DNA from: Pseudovirgaria hyperparasitica
Taxonomy: Eukaryota
DNA length: 64,000 nt
Reading direction: 5' to 3' (one strand)
NCBI GenBank assembly: GCA_010093815.1
Contig: ML996572.1
Below, piece after piece: positions 40,601 to 53,941 of the stretch. The notes beneath the pieces are model-generated. The model ran no database searches. It was not told the origin of the DNA and was given only the letters and a program-made list of their open reading frames with translations. Position 1 is the stretch's first letter. Each line of letters starts with the position of its first letter. Both the position numbers and the translations under genes were made by a program.

Positions 40601-41233
40601 TGCTGAAATGAGACGTCGTCAACCCAGTGGCCCTTACATCATTGGCGGATGGTCTGCTGGCGGTGTCATCGCATATGAAGTCGGCATGCAGCTCATAAAC
40701 CAAGGCCAGGTCGTCGACCGTCTGGTATTGATAGATTCCCCATGTCCTGTCAGACTTGATCCATTACCAGCCCGTCTGCACGTCTTCTTCGACTCAATTG
40801 GTCTTCTAGGTACTGGAAAGCCTGGTGGTACTCCTGGCTGGCTGCTACCGCACTTTTCTGCGTCCATTCAGGCGTTGAAGGAATACGAGCCTGCTCCTAT
40901 GGATCCAAAGAAGGCGCCAAAGGTCTGCGCTATCTGGTGCACTGATGGTGTCTGTAAGCCCGGCGACCCAAGACCTCCTCCTGGCGAAGGAGAGGATCCA
41001 GCGCCTATGACGTGGCTTCTGAATGACCGCACAGATTTTGGTCACAATGGCTGGGCACAACTTATGCCAGAGGAGAACTTTGAGTGCGCGGTGATGGGAG
41101 GGAACCATTTCACGATGATGAAAGATGATCACGTAGGTTCATGTCACGTTCCATGCACGTCTAACGACTAATGATTCCATAGGCTAAGACGCTTGGTCGT
41201 TTGATTCAGAAAGGTTTGGGGATCCAAGTATGA
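34623..41233 (+). CDS. PKS1: Non-reducing polyketide synthase SAT-KS-AT-PT-ACP-ACP-TE, DHN-melanin (tetrahydroxynaphthalene synthase) type
   Basis: SAT FGDQT/GLCTG, KS DTACSSS and HGTGT, AT GHSLGE and AFHS, PT GHLVND..LCPSS, ACPs LGVDSL and MGMDSL, TE GWSAGG and NHFTMM; introns 34901-34945 and 41133-41182. Confidence 0.95.
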
Positions 41234-42072
41234 ATATGAGATTGCATTTCCTTTGTTTGGGTCTCGTTCGCTATCTCGGTGTAAATGGCTTGGTGTTCAC
41301 AGTTAATGATACCGGATGGACGATGATGCATTTCTGGGTACACGCTACGGAGAAATTGAAACAAACATGAAAGAGATGGTAATGGAGGATACATGATTGG
41401 GGTCTTGTTAGCATTCTGAAGCGTTTCCTCTTACATTTCATCACCATCACTTAATATCTCGTAGAAACACATTTCCTGCTAAGACTTTTTCCGCTGTATA
41501 TAGAACCTAGTATATCTCATTATCTGTACTGTATGATCTGTTCTGTTATGCAATGCCGTGTTGTCTTGTGCGTTATCCAGCTTTGCAAGCGGCCCGTCGG
41601 ACACTATCCGATGTCCGCACTGGCCATGGATGGATGTTTCGGACTGTGTCAGAATGTCATTTCCGCTCCAATGTACTGCATGTCGACCTCGTCGGAGTCG
41701 TACATAGGCGACTCACAGAAGGCTCGTCATACGGGACAGAAGCATGGTTGGAACGAGTCGGGGCAGTGATGAGTCGATATGGCGATTAAAAAGCTGGATG
41801 TTGGCACAAGCATACAATGCGAGAACTAATGACATTATGTGAAAAAACAGCGACGAACATGATTGTCCAAGGATGCATACGGAAGGATGCAGTATACACA
41901 TTGTCTAGTCGATGTATATATACATAGAATCGGCCCTATGAATTAAGCCTCCTAATCCTAGGATTTTCAACATGTAGTTGGCAGAGTTCCCACACGGCGA
42001 TGCCCTCCCAATGCCCATATATGATACACGCGCCCATCTGAAGAACGCCGTCTTAAGACCCTGACTGTTGAC

Positions 42073-43709
42073 TCAGCCAAAGTTGAAGCCACCTGGAAAT
42101 CCTCCTCCTTGAAACTTGAAACCCCCACCGCCTCCTCCGAACGGCATCCCGCCACCGCCGCCTTGTTTGAAGAAAAACTGCTGCCCACCTGGGCCGCTGA
42201 ACGGCGAGCCCTGGAATGGCCCACCCTGTTGCTGCTCCGGATTATTTGGGTCATCACCGTTATCGAACCTTGCCTTCAGTTCCGGGTCACTAAGCACCTC
42301 ATATGCTTCGTTGATACTCGCCATCTTCTTCTCCGCATCTTCCTTCGTGATGCCTTGTGTCGCAGCCTTGTCGGGGTGAAACTGTTTTGTCAAGCCGCGG
42401 TATGCCTTTTTGATCTGGCGCTCGTCGGCCTCGCGGGATACACCAAGAACCTTGTAGTAGTCCTTTTGCTTGGAGATTTTCAGCTGCTTTTGTGCTTTGC
42501 CGAGAAGTTCGTTGATCTTTCGATTTTGGGGGTGGTGTTGGGCGGCGTCGTTGAGGGTGTTGATGGCAGGTTCCCATTCCTCAGCGTCGTAGTGGTCGTG
42601 TGCCTTGATGAGCATCGCGTGGATGTTGGTTGAGTCCCAGGCGAGAATTTCGTGGCAGTAAGGGGTGGCGCGTTTGCGGTTGTTCATCTGTTAACTATAA
42701 GTGATTTATTTGGGGAGACGATTCTGTCACTCCTTACCTCCATGTATGCCTCACACGTTATCTCGACGAGATTTCGGTATAGCCCTGCTGGTGACATTGG
42801 ATGAATGTAGCCCTGTGCTTTGAAGTCCTTGACGTCGTCTTTGACCTCTTGCAATAAGCCCACCTCATCTCCGGATTTGATGAGCTGTTTGACAGCCGCC
42901 GCATAAGATCTCTTGTCCACTTGTGCTCGAATCGTCTTTAATCGTTTCTCAATGGATTTTTCTCGTTTCATAAGTTTCATGCATTGTTTTGAGTCTGGGT
43001 CAGACTGCAAGCATTTTCGGATCTGGGTCAGGCCCTTCTCGGTCTCTCCAAGAGAGTAGAAAGTCATGGCCGATATTTGTAGATGCGGTTCCACCGAGCC
43101 AGTGGAAATTTGGAGAACATGCTGTAAGTCGCTGACTCCTTCCATTACTTCACCGCGCTCCAAGCGACATCTCGCTCTTAATTTGCGGAGATCTAGTGCT
43201 GTACCGGCGGTGAGGATGGCCACTCCGGCTTGCGAGACACAAGCCTCCCAGTCCCCTTTCTTTGCAGCTTGTTCGGCCAATATCGCTGCCCCTTCAGCAC
43301 TTTCAAGCTCCGATAACTCTTCGGCTTTCCCCGCTGCCCTGTAGTCTGCTCGAGCTCCCGCCCAGTCCGCGTTCCTGCTCTTTATTTTTGCGCGCTGCGT
43401 CAGGGCCCCTTCATGGTTCGGCTTCAGGCTCAACACTTTGTCAAAATCGAGTTGCGCCATGTTGTTGCGCCCGATAGATAGATAGGTAGTCGCTCGTCGG
43501 AAGATGGTCATGTAGTTCTGTGGATCACGAGCGATGGCGACATCGTAGTAAGTCAAGGCATCGTGGGTGTCGCCTGCTATAAATCTTGCATGCGCAGACT
43601 CAAGGAGCTTCGAAATCGGTGTGTCTACAGGTATATCGGCAGGGCTCAGCGCGGAGACGGTCGAGAAAACCAGTGCTCCCAGAGCGATTGGGGCAATTGA
43701 GAGTATCAT
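42073..43709 (-). CDS. ER-lumenal TPR + J-domain co-chaperone (DNAJC3/P58IPK/Jem1-like)
   Basis: Signal peptide, TPR repeats, KDYYKVLGV...FHPDK...INEAYEVLSDPE, G/F-rich tail; intron 42737-42688. Confidence 0.92.
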
Positions 43710-44465
43710 TGCGGAGTCTGAGGACGGTGCAGTGGCAGGCGGTTAGCCTGGTGTTGTTTAGGGCATATATATTATTAGTGAAGCCAGGTGAACTCTACAG
43801 AGGTTGCGGAGTTGGAGTAGAATGGGACTGAGGAATTATTCAAGTAGTGATGTATTGAAGCCAGATGGCCACTTCTTATCGACTACAGACATGCCTGAGG
43901 CATGAATGTCGTTGACCACCATTCCTTCTCCCATTGGTCAGTGAATGCCGAAAACGGCAAGTTCGTACACATGCTCGTCGAACTTCTGCCATGCTAACTA
44001 ACACGATGGATGGATGAATCCTGGCTTGGGCGCCATAAAATCGCGCTTGAAACGTGTCACTCGGAAGGATCCGGACATCCCGAGAGGGAGACGAGATGTA
44101 CAGACTTCGAAGAGTCTGTAATTAACACTAAGTTGAACTTTTATGAATCGAGTAAAGACTATGATCATCGTATTACTGTATAAACGAAGCTCATGCAGAA
44201 GATGTGGCTCGTGAGCTCGTGGCGCTCATTAGAGCTATTTGGGCCCAAGGGTCTCGGAAGCGTTTCCCGAACCGTAATGAGATCACCACGCGAGCTTGAC
44301 GTCGTGAAGCTCTGCAGTCCACGAGGGCAGATTGGTTGCATGCTCAGAGTCAACTGTACTGCCTGTGCACTTCTTGCAAGCTTCTTTTATTGACGATTAC
44401 ACTAGCTCTCATGTTTGCATAGTCATATCCTTCCATCAGCCCCTATTTGCCTTTGCTCTCCTCAA

Positions 44466-46886
44466 ATGGCTCCCTTGCGTCTCCGCATAGACGGCCGCGT
44501 GTTTCGCGACGAGCACGACCGCGAGATTACCCTCCACGGGATTAACGTCGCAGGTGATGCGAAGTTTCCCACCATTCCCGATCTGCCCTCCCATGTTGCT
44601 GAGAATTTCTTCGAAGGCGACACTGTATCCTTCGTTGGCCGCCCCTTCTCCGTCGATGAGGCCCACGTACATTTTGCTCGCTTAAAGAGATATGGTTACA
44701 ACACTATACGATATGTTTTCACATGGGAAGCCATAGAACATGCTGGCCCGGGAACATATGATGAAGAATGGATTCAACATACTATTTCAGTTCTGCGTCT
44801 CGCCGGAGAATATGGGTTTATGGTTTTTATGGACCCTCATCAGGACGTAGTATGTCACACCACTACCATAACTCCAGTGGGCTACTAATATAAAAGTAGT
44901 GGTCGCGCTTCTCTGGAGGTTCAGGTGCCCCTATGTGGACTATATATGCCTGTGGGCTCAATCCTAAGACATTCCACGTAACAGAAGCGGCCTTAGTTCA
45001 GAATGTCTACAAAGACCCTATCACATTCCCTAAGATGATATGGGCTACCAACTATCAGCGAATGGCTTGTCAAGTGATCTTTACGCTCTTTTTCGCAGGC
45101 AGAGAGTTCGCTCCCAAAGCCGTAATAGACGGGAAAAACATTCAGGACTATCTTCAAGATCATTTTCATAATGCTTGCAGGCATCTGGCACAGCGAATGC
45201 ACGAGGCTGGAGGACTTGAAAATGAAATTGTGATCGGGTGGGAAACGCTAAACGAGCCGAACCGTGGGATGATTGGCTGGCACGACCTTGCGCAGTTCCC
45301 AAGTGAGATAAAACTACGCAAGGGAAGTTCTCCTACAGCATGGCAAGCTATTCTCAACGGATCTGGCCGAGCTTGCGAAGTGGAAACTTGGGAATTCGGG
45401 GGCATGGGGCCTTTCAAATCAGGCTCGGTGTTGGTTGACCCCGAAGGTCAGAGCGCGTGGCTGCCTACCACGTACGATGATACTTTCTATGGCTGGAAAA
45501 GAGACCCTGACTGGAGACTTGGGGAATGCCTTTGGGCACAGCATGGCATATGGGATCCTGCGACTGATGCCTTAGTTCAAAAGAATTACTTCTCCAAAGA
45601 CCCACGCAGCGGAAAGCTAATCGATTACGAGTACTTTACAAATCACTGGTTCATGGATTTCTACCGCAGATACCGCGACGCAATACGGAGTGTTTTCTCA
45701 GGGTCTGTCATATTCTGTCAACCTCCAGTCTTAGAGATACCCCCTGCCCTCAAAGGCTCGCCAGATGACGATCCCAATATGGTTTTTGCACCCCACTTCT
45801 ATGACGGTATTACGTTAATGACGAAAAAATGGTGTGTACCATTCGCTTCACAAGCATGCAGAGAATAACGGTGATACAGGAATAGGATATGGAATGTTGA
45901 TGTCTTTGGTGTGCTGCGTGGCAAGTACTGGTCTCCTGCTTTCGCCGTTAAGATAGGGGAGACAGCCATTCGTAATTGCTTTAAGGACCAACTTACTGCA
46001 ATCCAAAAGGAAGGAATGGATTACATGGGCACGAGGCCATGTGTGTTCACCGAAATTGGAATACCTTATGATATGGATGATCAGTATGCGTATAAGACGG
46101 GCGATTACACAAGTCAAACGCTGGCCATGGATGCAAACCATTTTGCCTTAGAGGGAAGCAATGCGAATGGTTTCACCTTATGGGTATACGTCGCTAGTGT
46201 GAGTACAGCAAATAGTCTAAAATGGAGAAGTGCTAATTAGCAAAAAGAACAATCACAAATGGGGAGATCAATGGAATGGAGAAGATCTCTCTATATTCTC
46301 GAAGGATGATCGACCACTTCCCCTATCGCCCTTTTCTCGCAATCAGTCGACCGCCTCTTTCGACAATACATCACCTTCGTTTTCACAAAGCCAAACGTCA
46401 GAAGCCCCAAGCGTCACACCTTCTACATTGAAGGACTCGCTGTCCCCTCATGCCATGAGCTCCAAAACAAGCAAAAGTGCTGAACCTGGGTCAGGCTTCC
46501 GGGCTGCTGAAGCCTACATTCGACCTACTCCAATAACGACATGCGGCGACATTGTATCATACGGTTTTGATCTGCGCAATTGTGTCTTTAAGCTTGAATT
46601 GATCACCCCGAGTGCTACGAGTGAAAACGCGCCTACTGAAGTGTTTCTACCAGAATTTCACTTTCCACCTGGGAACACCACCGTAGAAGTTAGCGGCGGT
46701 AAATGGCAGATTAACATTGGCGATAAAAATAATGGCCTCATCCAAATACTGCGATGGTGGCACGCCGCAGGCGAACAAACTATTACAGTGAAAGGCGTCA
46801 TTCAGCGGCCAGGGCTCATGCTGGATAAGGAAGAAGAAGCGGGCTACATAGAGCAGTGCCAGCAGCGCAATTGCACCCTCATGTAA
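44466..46886 (+). CDS. EGH1: GH5 steryl-beta-glucosidase / endoglycoceramidase-related protein (Egh1/EGCrP2-like)
   Basis: SFVGRPF, TWEAIEHAGPG, DPHQDVWSRFSGGSGAP, acid/base TLNEP, nucleophile TEIGIP, WGDQWNGEDLS; three introns (first 44850-44899). Confidence 0.88.
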
Positions 46887-47445
46887 TGCAGCTTTGGATA
46901 CCTGAAGAAGCTTTAGCGACTCAATATCTGCATTCTGTGGGCACTGGGCATCGTTCTAGTCTAAATGACGAAACTTTTAAGACCGCAATAATGTATCATT
47001 TAAGTCACAGATTCGAGGTGGAGCACAATCAAATATCCTTGTCTTTGGCGCGCGGTACGACAACGGCTGTGCGCTAGGGCTAGGTCCCCCCACAAGCAAC
47101 TAAGGTCAGCTAACAGCTTGGTCGGTGAGGTAATTTAATTAACAGTCTGCATTCCTGTAACTCTTGCGAACACTACAAGTCTGACGCACACATCGCGAAA
47201 AACTAACAGGAGATTCAAGTTTCACCTCTTTCATAGATACATTTCTTTGAAAGATATGAGTACTTTACTTACCCCACTAACGAATTACACCCTCACCTGC
47301 TTCATCACTTATAAACGAAGCTAGCTGAAGAGCTCCCCTCGTGTTTCGCCATCACAAGTCATTCTTGAGCATTCCTTCCGAGCATTCTTGCACTCAAAAC
47401 GCTTGCTCGAAGCTCCAGTCCTTCTTGGAAGAAATAGCGCTCATC

Positions 47446-50400
47446 ATGAACGGCTTAGGCAACCTCGTCCTCAATTTCAATCCGACCACGAACGGGTCCC
47501 CGCAGAACCAACAGAACATCGACAGGTCGATACCGCAGGATCTTGATCCTGTCTTAGAGGCACTAGAAGTCATATACAACGCGAAAGTCCCGAACTCCAC
47601 GCGCCACGCAGCCACAGAATATCTCGAGAGAGCGAAGCGGCATCCTGATGCCCCATACACAGGCTTCACACTTGCGTTGAATAAGACACAAGCTCCAGCG
47701 TTACGCTACTATGGACTTTCTATGCTAGAGCACGCAATCAAATTCACATGGGAAGATTTTGAACAAGAGCAGGCACTACTCATCAGACAATATGTGATTC
47801 GGCTCGCACAACAGATTGGGCCCGACGATCCAGTATACCTACGCAACAAAGTTGGTCAACTGTGGACAGATATCGCCAAGCGTGCCTGGGGAGCAGAATG
47901 GTTAGACATGGATGCTATGTTACTCGAGCTATGGGGAGCTTCTTTGGCGCACCAAGCTATAGTACTCTACGTACTTGAAACATTGTCAGAAGAAGTGTTC
48001 AACAAAGAAGACCCAATCGCGGGATTACGTGGAAATGAGCTTGGTCGCGCATGCGTTGAAATATTCACACCGGCTACTGTTCTGCATGAGCAGCTCCCGA
48101 ATCGCGATACTTCAGAAACGATAAGAGCTGGGGACGAAGGTTGGGTAGCTCGTCTATGTGGTCTACTGGACCAATGTCTTGCAAACGACTTCAGACAAGA
48201 TGAGCGAGTTCTGAGTTGTGCTGTCAAAACCCTCAATGTGCTCAGGGCTGCTATGCCTTGGATAATACCAAAAGCGATCTCATACACCAACACCGTAGAC
48301 TACATCTGCAAGGCGCTCGATGCGTCCAGTGAGACGGCTCAGGCTCCGTGTGGGGAAAGTGTATCCTTATCAAAGGTAAACACCTAACATTCGAGCCTCA
48401 TCAGGATTGCTGATATTGGAATAGGCTGCGATTGAAGCCTTGTTTGCAATATACAACCGACCTCATCTACAGGATGCTTCTGACTTCACAGATATCGTCG
48501 GTCCCATGTTTTCCCATGAGCGTGGATTGCTCCTGCACAAAGCTTACGAAGCTACCAAGCCGCATATGGATCCAAATGATATTGACGAAGCCCGGTACCT
48601 GACTTGTAAAAAACTTTCTGAGGTATGCATCTCAGTACCCACACAATCAGATGTATTCCTTCATAAGCTAATTATCAACAGCTAGTGGCTCTTCTTGGAA
48701 ATTTTGTGGAGCAGAAAACCCGCCTAATACCTGCAACACATGATCTTGCTTTACTTTTTTCTCTTTTCTACCAGCTGCTTATTCATTCGAGCTTGGTCGT
48801 TTCGATACCAATTCTTCATAGTTTCACCAAGCTGCTAAGATCCCCATCCGTACGAGAGTGGGAGTTCGTCGCAAGGATGATTCCTGACCTGCTTAATTTG
48901 TGTACCTCTCGTTTGATACGTTACGAGAACCTACCAGACGAGTGCGAGGACGCAACTACTCTTTTCCTGAACGACGATATAGACACGAAGCCTGAAAAGC
49001 ATGCCTTTCTTGGTAATTACCGGCGTTATTGTGTGGACATCATCGAAACCATCGTACGTAACTCTCCAGGTGAGGCAATGTCGCACCTACTGGATGCGGG
49101 AGAGAGTGTCTCAGCTCATCTTTATGACAACACCGGCCCATTCCAAGGTATGTCGATATACTCAGGTACTGTTGAGATCTGGATCTGATTGTGTGCAAGT
49201 TCAATCTTTTAGCAAAACGTCCCTGCCGTTTCTCCGATTCGATGCGCAAATTGTTGCCATTGATGCCGGACTGAAAGGTTATCTAAAGTGGCAATCTGGG
49301 TCTGCATTGACGCCAGAGCAGCATGTACGCCCCTCGTTTCTGTCGGTTTAGGGAGAAGCTACTTATTTTCTTAAGGAAACTCTTCGAAACGATTTGCAAG
49401 ATCGGTTCGAGACCTGGTGTATGAAGATGCTTAGTACAACGTTCGAGGTTTGTGTTCACATTCTTGTTAGGGTGATGAAACTAAATGTTTAGGATCCTGA
49501 AATTCTGCGAAAAGCTATCGGCCTCATGGTCACATTTTCGACTAAAGCTCTTACCACAAAACCAAATTTTGCACTGGGATTGTTAAAATACATTCTAGAT
49601 GCTCCAAAGCAGGAGGACTCGGCATTCCCGCAATATAACGAGTCAGTGAAGGATCTTGAGCGAAGCAGTAGTATGGATGCACAAAGGCTTGCAGCTATCT
49701 TTCCTAATGACTTCATGGTAAGCCACAATTTTCATACACATCGTCAGATCACTAAGCATTGGCATATAGAATGCATACGAACAGATAGATCAGAAGCTCA
49801 ACGAGCTGTCCGCAAAAAGTACTACGGACGAGCGTCAAAAGAATGGCTACGCGGCGTTGCGTTTCATAATCATGTGAGTATACTGCTTATCCCCATTAGC
49901 AAGCCTGACGCATCCAGCCATCGCACCACGGTCCTAGACCGGAATACTATGCAAATAGAACTGCAGAAGATGCTTCAACCACTCAAGGATACTTGGCAAA
50001 ATCCTCATTTTACCGAATCATTGTCGACGTTCGAGTCGTTTTGCGAACTGGTTGGCTTTGGCCACCTCGGCGACTTCCTGGCTACGAAGAAGTTCCATAT
50101 CGTACAAGACTGGACAGCACAATTATTGGACGACGAAGGTATGCAGATGCAAGCGGCCATCCTCGATCGTTCGCAAAAGCTGCCTTTTCGGATCACTCGG
50201 ACACTTCTCGGAGCCTCAACAGATAGATTGCAGGAAGAGGAAGCTGCATACGAGATCGCGAGAGAGCTCTGGGCTGACGCTATGCCAGCGATTCTCCCAA
50301 ATCTTTTACAGCTAATCACTCATGCACAAGGGTTCAACAATATGGAAAACTGGGCAAGTCTACCACAAGAACTACAAGCTGTGATCAGGCGTGTCCTGAC

Positions 50401-51529
50401 CGATCGCTTCTGGCAAGCTGGTATATCGACCGAAAGCAGGGATGACTTCTTCGCTCGCGTCAGTGGATCAAAAACCACGTATGAAGGATTTGCATCTACG
50501 GTACGAGGTACTGTTCGACAGATTCGGGAGACGTGCTACTATATTATCTACGCTCTGAGTCGATTTGGAGATACTTTCTATGGTATCTCTGACCTATCAC
50601 GTCCGTTGAGCCAGGCTCTCTTCGTCAATGCGAACACGCTTTCTGCTCATCACCTCTCAGTCCTCCTCAGTGCAGCCACACATATCATCGAGGGTTGTCC
50701 AGTCCGCCTTCGTGCCCAATTTCTTCCTGAAGTGGTGTCTGGGCTATTTAGAGAGCTGAACATGAAGGTCGAATCAGAATGGGCGCTTGTGACCGCGCAG
50801 GCGACGGGAGAAATTGAGCAAGACAATCTCGGAGACGAAATGAAGACGGAAAGCATACTGCGCCAGCTTACGCACTCCTCAGTGACGTTGGTCTCTGTTC
50901 TCCTAGACACGCAACGTATCGATGCGCCAAAACGTGACTCCCAGGGCACTAAAGAGCAGGCCATGTGGGAGTTTATACTTTCGGAAAATAGTTGCTTGGA
51001 GCCCATACTCATATTCGCTAAGACTGCGATACGAGTACGCGATTCGCGTTCTTGTGCCCTTATGCTTCGTATAATCCGCTATGTACTCCCACATTTCAAG
51101 GACAAGTCGGCGGTGAGGGTCTACATATGTACGGAAGTTCTACAGGCTGCCATCAACTCACTTCACGAGCCGTACTTCGTCGACGTCCAGAAAGACCTCG
51201 CGAGTGTCATTGCCCACATTATCCTCTTGGACATCGAAACTACACGCCAGATTCTCCTTCAGCTTCCTGGTATGCAAGCTCGTGCAGACAAAGTAGATCG
51301 CAAAATTGAAGCACTGCAAAACATCGCAAGTGAGCGTGGTCAGCGCAGCGTTGTTTTAGATCTTCTGGCTAGTGTCCGAGGTGTCAGCATCCATGAAGCT
51401 GGCAAAATGGAGCGCGCGAAGAGAAAAGATCGGGTAAATGAGCAATATACCATGGTGGAAACACAGCAGACGGGAATTATCAGGGGCAATAGTCCAATAG
51501 GAGGTATCTCGGAAATGTTTGGGACTTGA
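47446..51529 (+). CDS. MSN5: Karyopherin-beta exportin Msn5/exportin-5
   Basis: IBN-like N-terminus (ALEVIYN...ATEYLE, LRYYGLSMLEH), LRNKVGQLWTDIAKR, FLGNYRR, LTDRFWQAGIS; multi-exon model spanning ORFs 47341-51529. Confidence 0.85.
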
Positions 51530-52089
51530 CGAAGTGAATCCTGACGAACGGCATCCAAGGGAAGACATGTGGGATTAGCGAAGGTGTATAAGACACAATT
51601 TCGGTTTCTTGGGCGACATCACATCATCAATTATACCAGACACACTGCGATGAGCAGATGCGCGTATATCTAGTATCTACTTAGGTCTATTACAACAGTA
51701 TAATAGATTACTTGATCTCGCATGTCTGTGTCCCGGTCACGGTCAAGCAGGGACCAATACTGTGACGCTATAATCTGCCGCACTCTTGCTGTGGTTTAAG
51801 GTATGACGTCTGAGGTAAATTTAGAGTTTAGCGCGATCTAGAATATACGATTACGTAGTTTCGTTGTATACTATATTAGTGCCGGTTGGGTGGGAGCTTG
51901 GCTACTTACTTGTCGTACGTCGTTCGGACTCAGACCGCCCGAACTTCCGGCCGGCCGCAAATTACGGGTCCCGAAGTCGGATAATATAAGGTGCCAATTA
52001 TTTCCGCCATCATGTTCTGCATTGCACGCTAGTACGCTATACTCATTACAATCGCATATACCCTTGGTTCACTCCTTAGACCTTAAAAG

Positions 52090-53941
52090 ATGACTTATTC
52101 TCTGCCCCGTGTCACCCTTTACTTGTCCCTCGCCGCTCTCATCTACACCCTTACACGTACCCTCCTTACTACAATCTACCACCGCCGACGCGCCCGTGCT
52201 CTGGGCTGCCTACCCGCGTATCAATTCTACGAAAATGGGATTTTCGGCATCAACAATTTCTTGCTTCCGGTCAAAGCCGACCGAGAAATGCGGCTCCCGG
52301 ATTTCATTTCTGAGTCTTTTCACGAGGCGAGTAAGAGGGCGGGGAGGTGGGTAGGACTTTGGGAATTCAATATCCTAGGCCAAAAGGGCTTTCATACGAT
52401 TGAGCCAGCAGTGGTCAAGGCAGTGTTGGGGACGCAATTCGAAGATTTTGGGCTGGGAAGTGCGAGGTGTGGGAGCTTTAAGGGGCTGTTGGGCGATGGA
52501 ATCGTAAGTGTCTCTTTCTGCTAAGTCAACCGTACATCACTGTTGCATGGCAGCTCGTTTTCCCTCGTGAGTCAGTGAAGAAGAGTAACCCGATTTAGAG
52601 CTTGCGATGTTAGGCTTAAATTTTTGTCTACCTTCTACAGCATCCGGACGGCATACCTTGTTCCTTTTTGTACACTCGCGTTCCGATTCTTCTGTCACAT
52701 GGTCGTCACCATTATCTGAATCTAACAAGCACTAGTTCTCCTCCGACGGCAAACAATGGCAACATTCCCGTGCCCTCCTCCGCCCTCAATTCGCCCGTGC
52801 TCAAGTCGCCGACCTCGATCTTGAGGAGAAACACTTGCAACATCTCCTCCGTGCCATCCCGATAGAGTCCACAGGATGGACCAACGCAATTGACATCGCT
52901 CCGCTCTTCTTCCGCCTCACCCTAGACTCCGCAAGCGAATTTCTCTTTGGCGAATCCACAGACTCGCAACTCGCCGCCCTACCCTCCTACCCACGGCCCA
53001 AAACTGCCGCCCTCGCCGAGTCCGACTTCGCTTCCGCCTTTGACGAGGCCCAGCGCCTCCTCACCCTCAGCTCCTACGCCGGTGACCTATACTGGCTCCT
53101 CCAAGGCCCCGCATTCCGCAAGGCATGTGCGCAATGCCACACCTTCATCGACCACTACGTGCACAAAGCACTCACCGAAACACCTCCCGATGCCCCAGAA
53201 CAGCAGCGTCCAGACGAGCGTTACATTTTCCTCCGCGCACTCGTACGCGATACGCGCGACCCGCTCGAGCTACGGCACCAGCTGCTCTCCATCCTACTCG
53301 CCGGCCGCGACACCACGGGTGGGCTGCTATCATGGGTCTTCTACCTGCTAGTGCAGCACCCGGATGTGTTCCAGAAGCTGCGCGCAGAGGTCCTTGCACA
53401 CTTCGGCACGTACGCCGCGCCGCGCAATATCACGTTCGCCGGCTTGAAGGGGTGCGGGTATCTGCAACATGTGCTAGCTGAGACGCTCCGTCTGCACCCC
53501 TCAGTGCCGATGAATGGGCGTCGCTGTCTGCGCAGCACTACGATCCCGACGGGTGGGGGCCCGGATGGGAATGCGCCAGTGTATGTGCGTGAGGGTCAGG
53601 AGATTATTTATACGGTGTATGCGATGCATCGGCGAGTGGATCTGTGGGGTGCTGATGCGAATGAGTTCAGACCAGAACGCTGGGAGGGTCGGAAGAGTGG
53701 GTGGGAATACTTGCCGTTTAACGGTGGGCCGCGGATCTGTCTCGGTCAGCAGTTTGCACTGACGGAGGCAGGGTTTGTGGTTGTGAGGCTGCTACAGAGG
53801 TTCGAAGGATTGGAAGGTGTGGGTGTGCCGAAGGCCGGAGAGAGAGTGAAGCATGCGGTTACCTTGACGAGTAGGCCAGGCGAGGATGTGACAGTACGAT
53901 TTAAGGTCTCCAGTGAAAAGGAACGGGACCATGATGAATGA
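52090..53941 (+). CDS. Cytochrome P450, CYP52-like (alkane/fatty-acid hydroxylase)
   Basis: N-terminal anchor, LLGDGIFSSDG, FFRLTLDSASEFLFG, AGRDTT, ETLR, FRPERW, heme FNGGPRICLG; single intron 52504-52735. Confidence 0.93.

Noticed and set aside
34623..41233. Perylenequinone (elsinochrome/cercosporin-type) toxin cluster
   Set aside because: No O-methyltransferase, FAD monooxygenase or fasciclin/laccase genes nearby; neighbours are the THN reductase and Cmr1-type TF typical of DHN melanin.
41598..41617. CGGACA-N8-TGTCCG inverted repeat downstream of the PKS
   Set aside because: Lies between two convergent 3' ends; a 6-bp inverted repeat is expected by chance in 64 kb.
53918..53941. CYP52 C-terminus KERDHDE as an HDEL-like ER retention signal
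   Set aside because: Lacks the final Leu and a microsomal P450 C-terminus is cytosolic.
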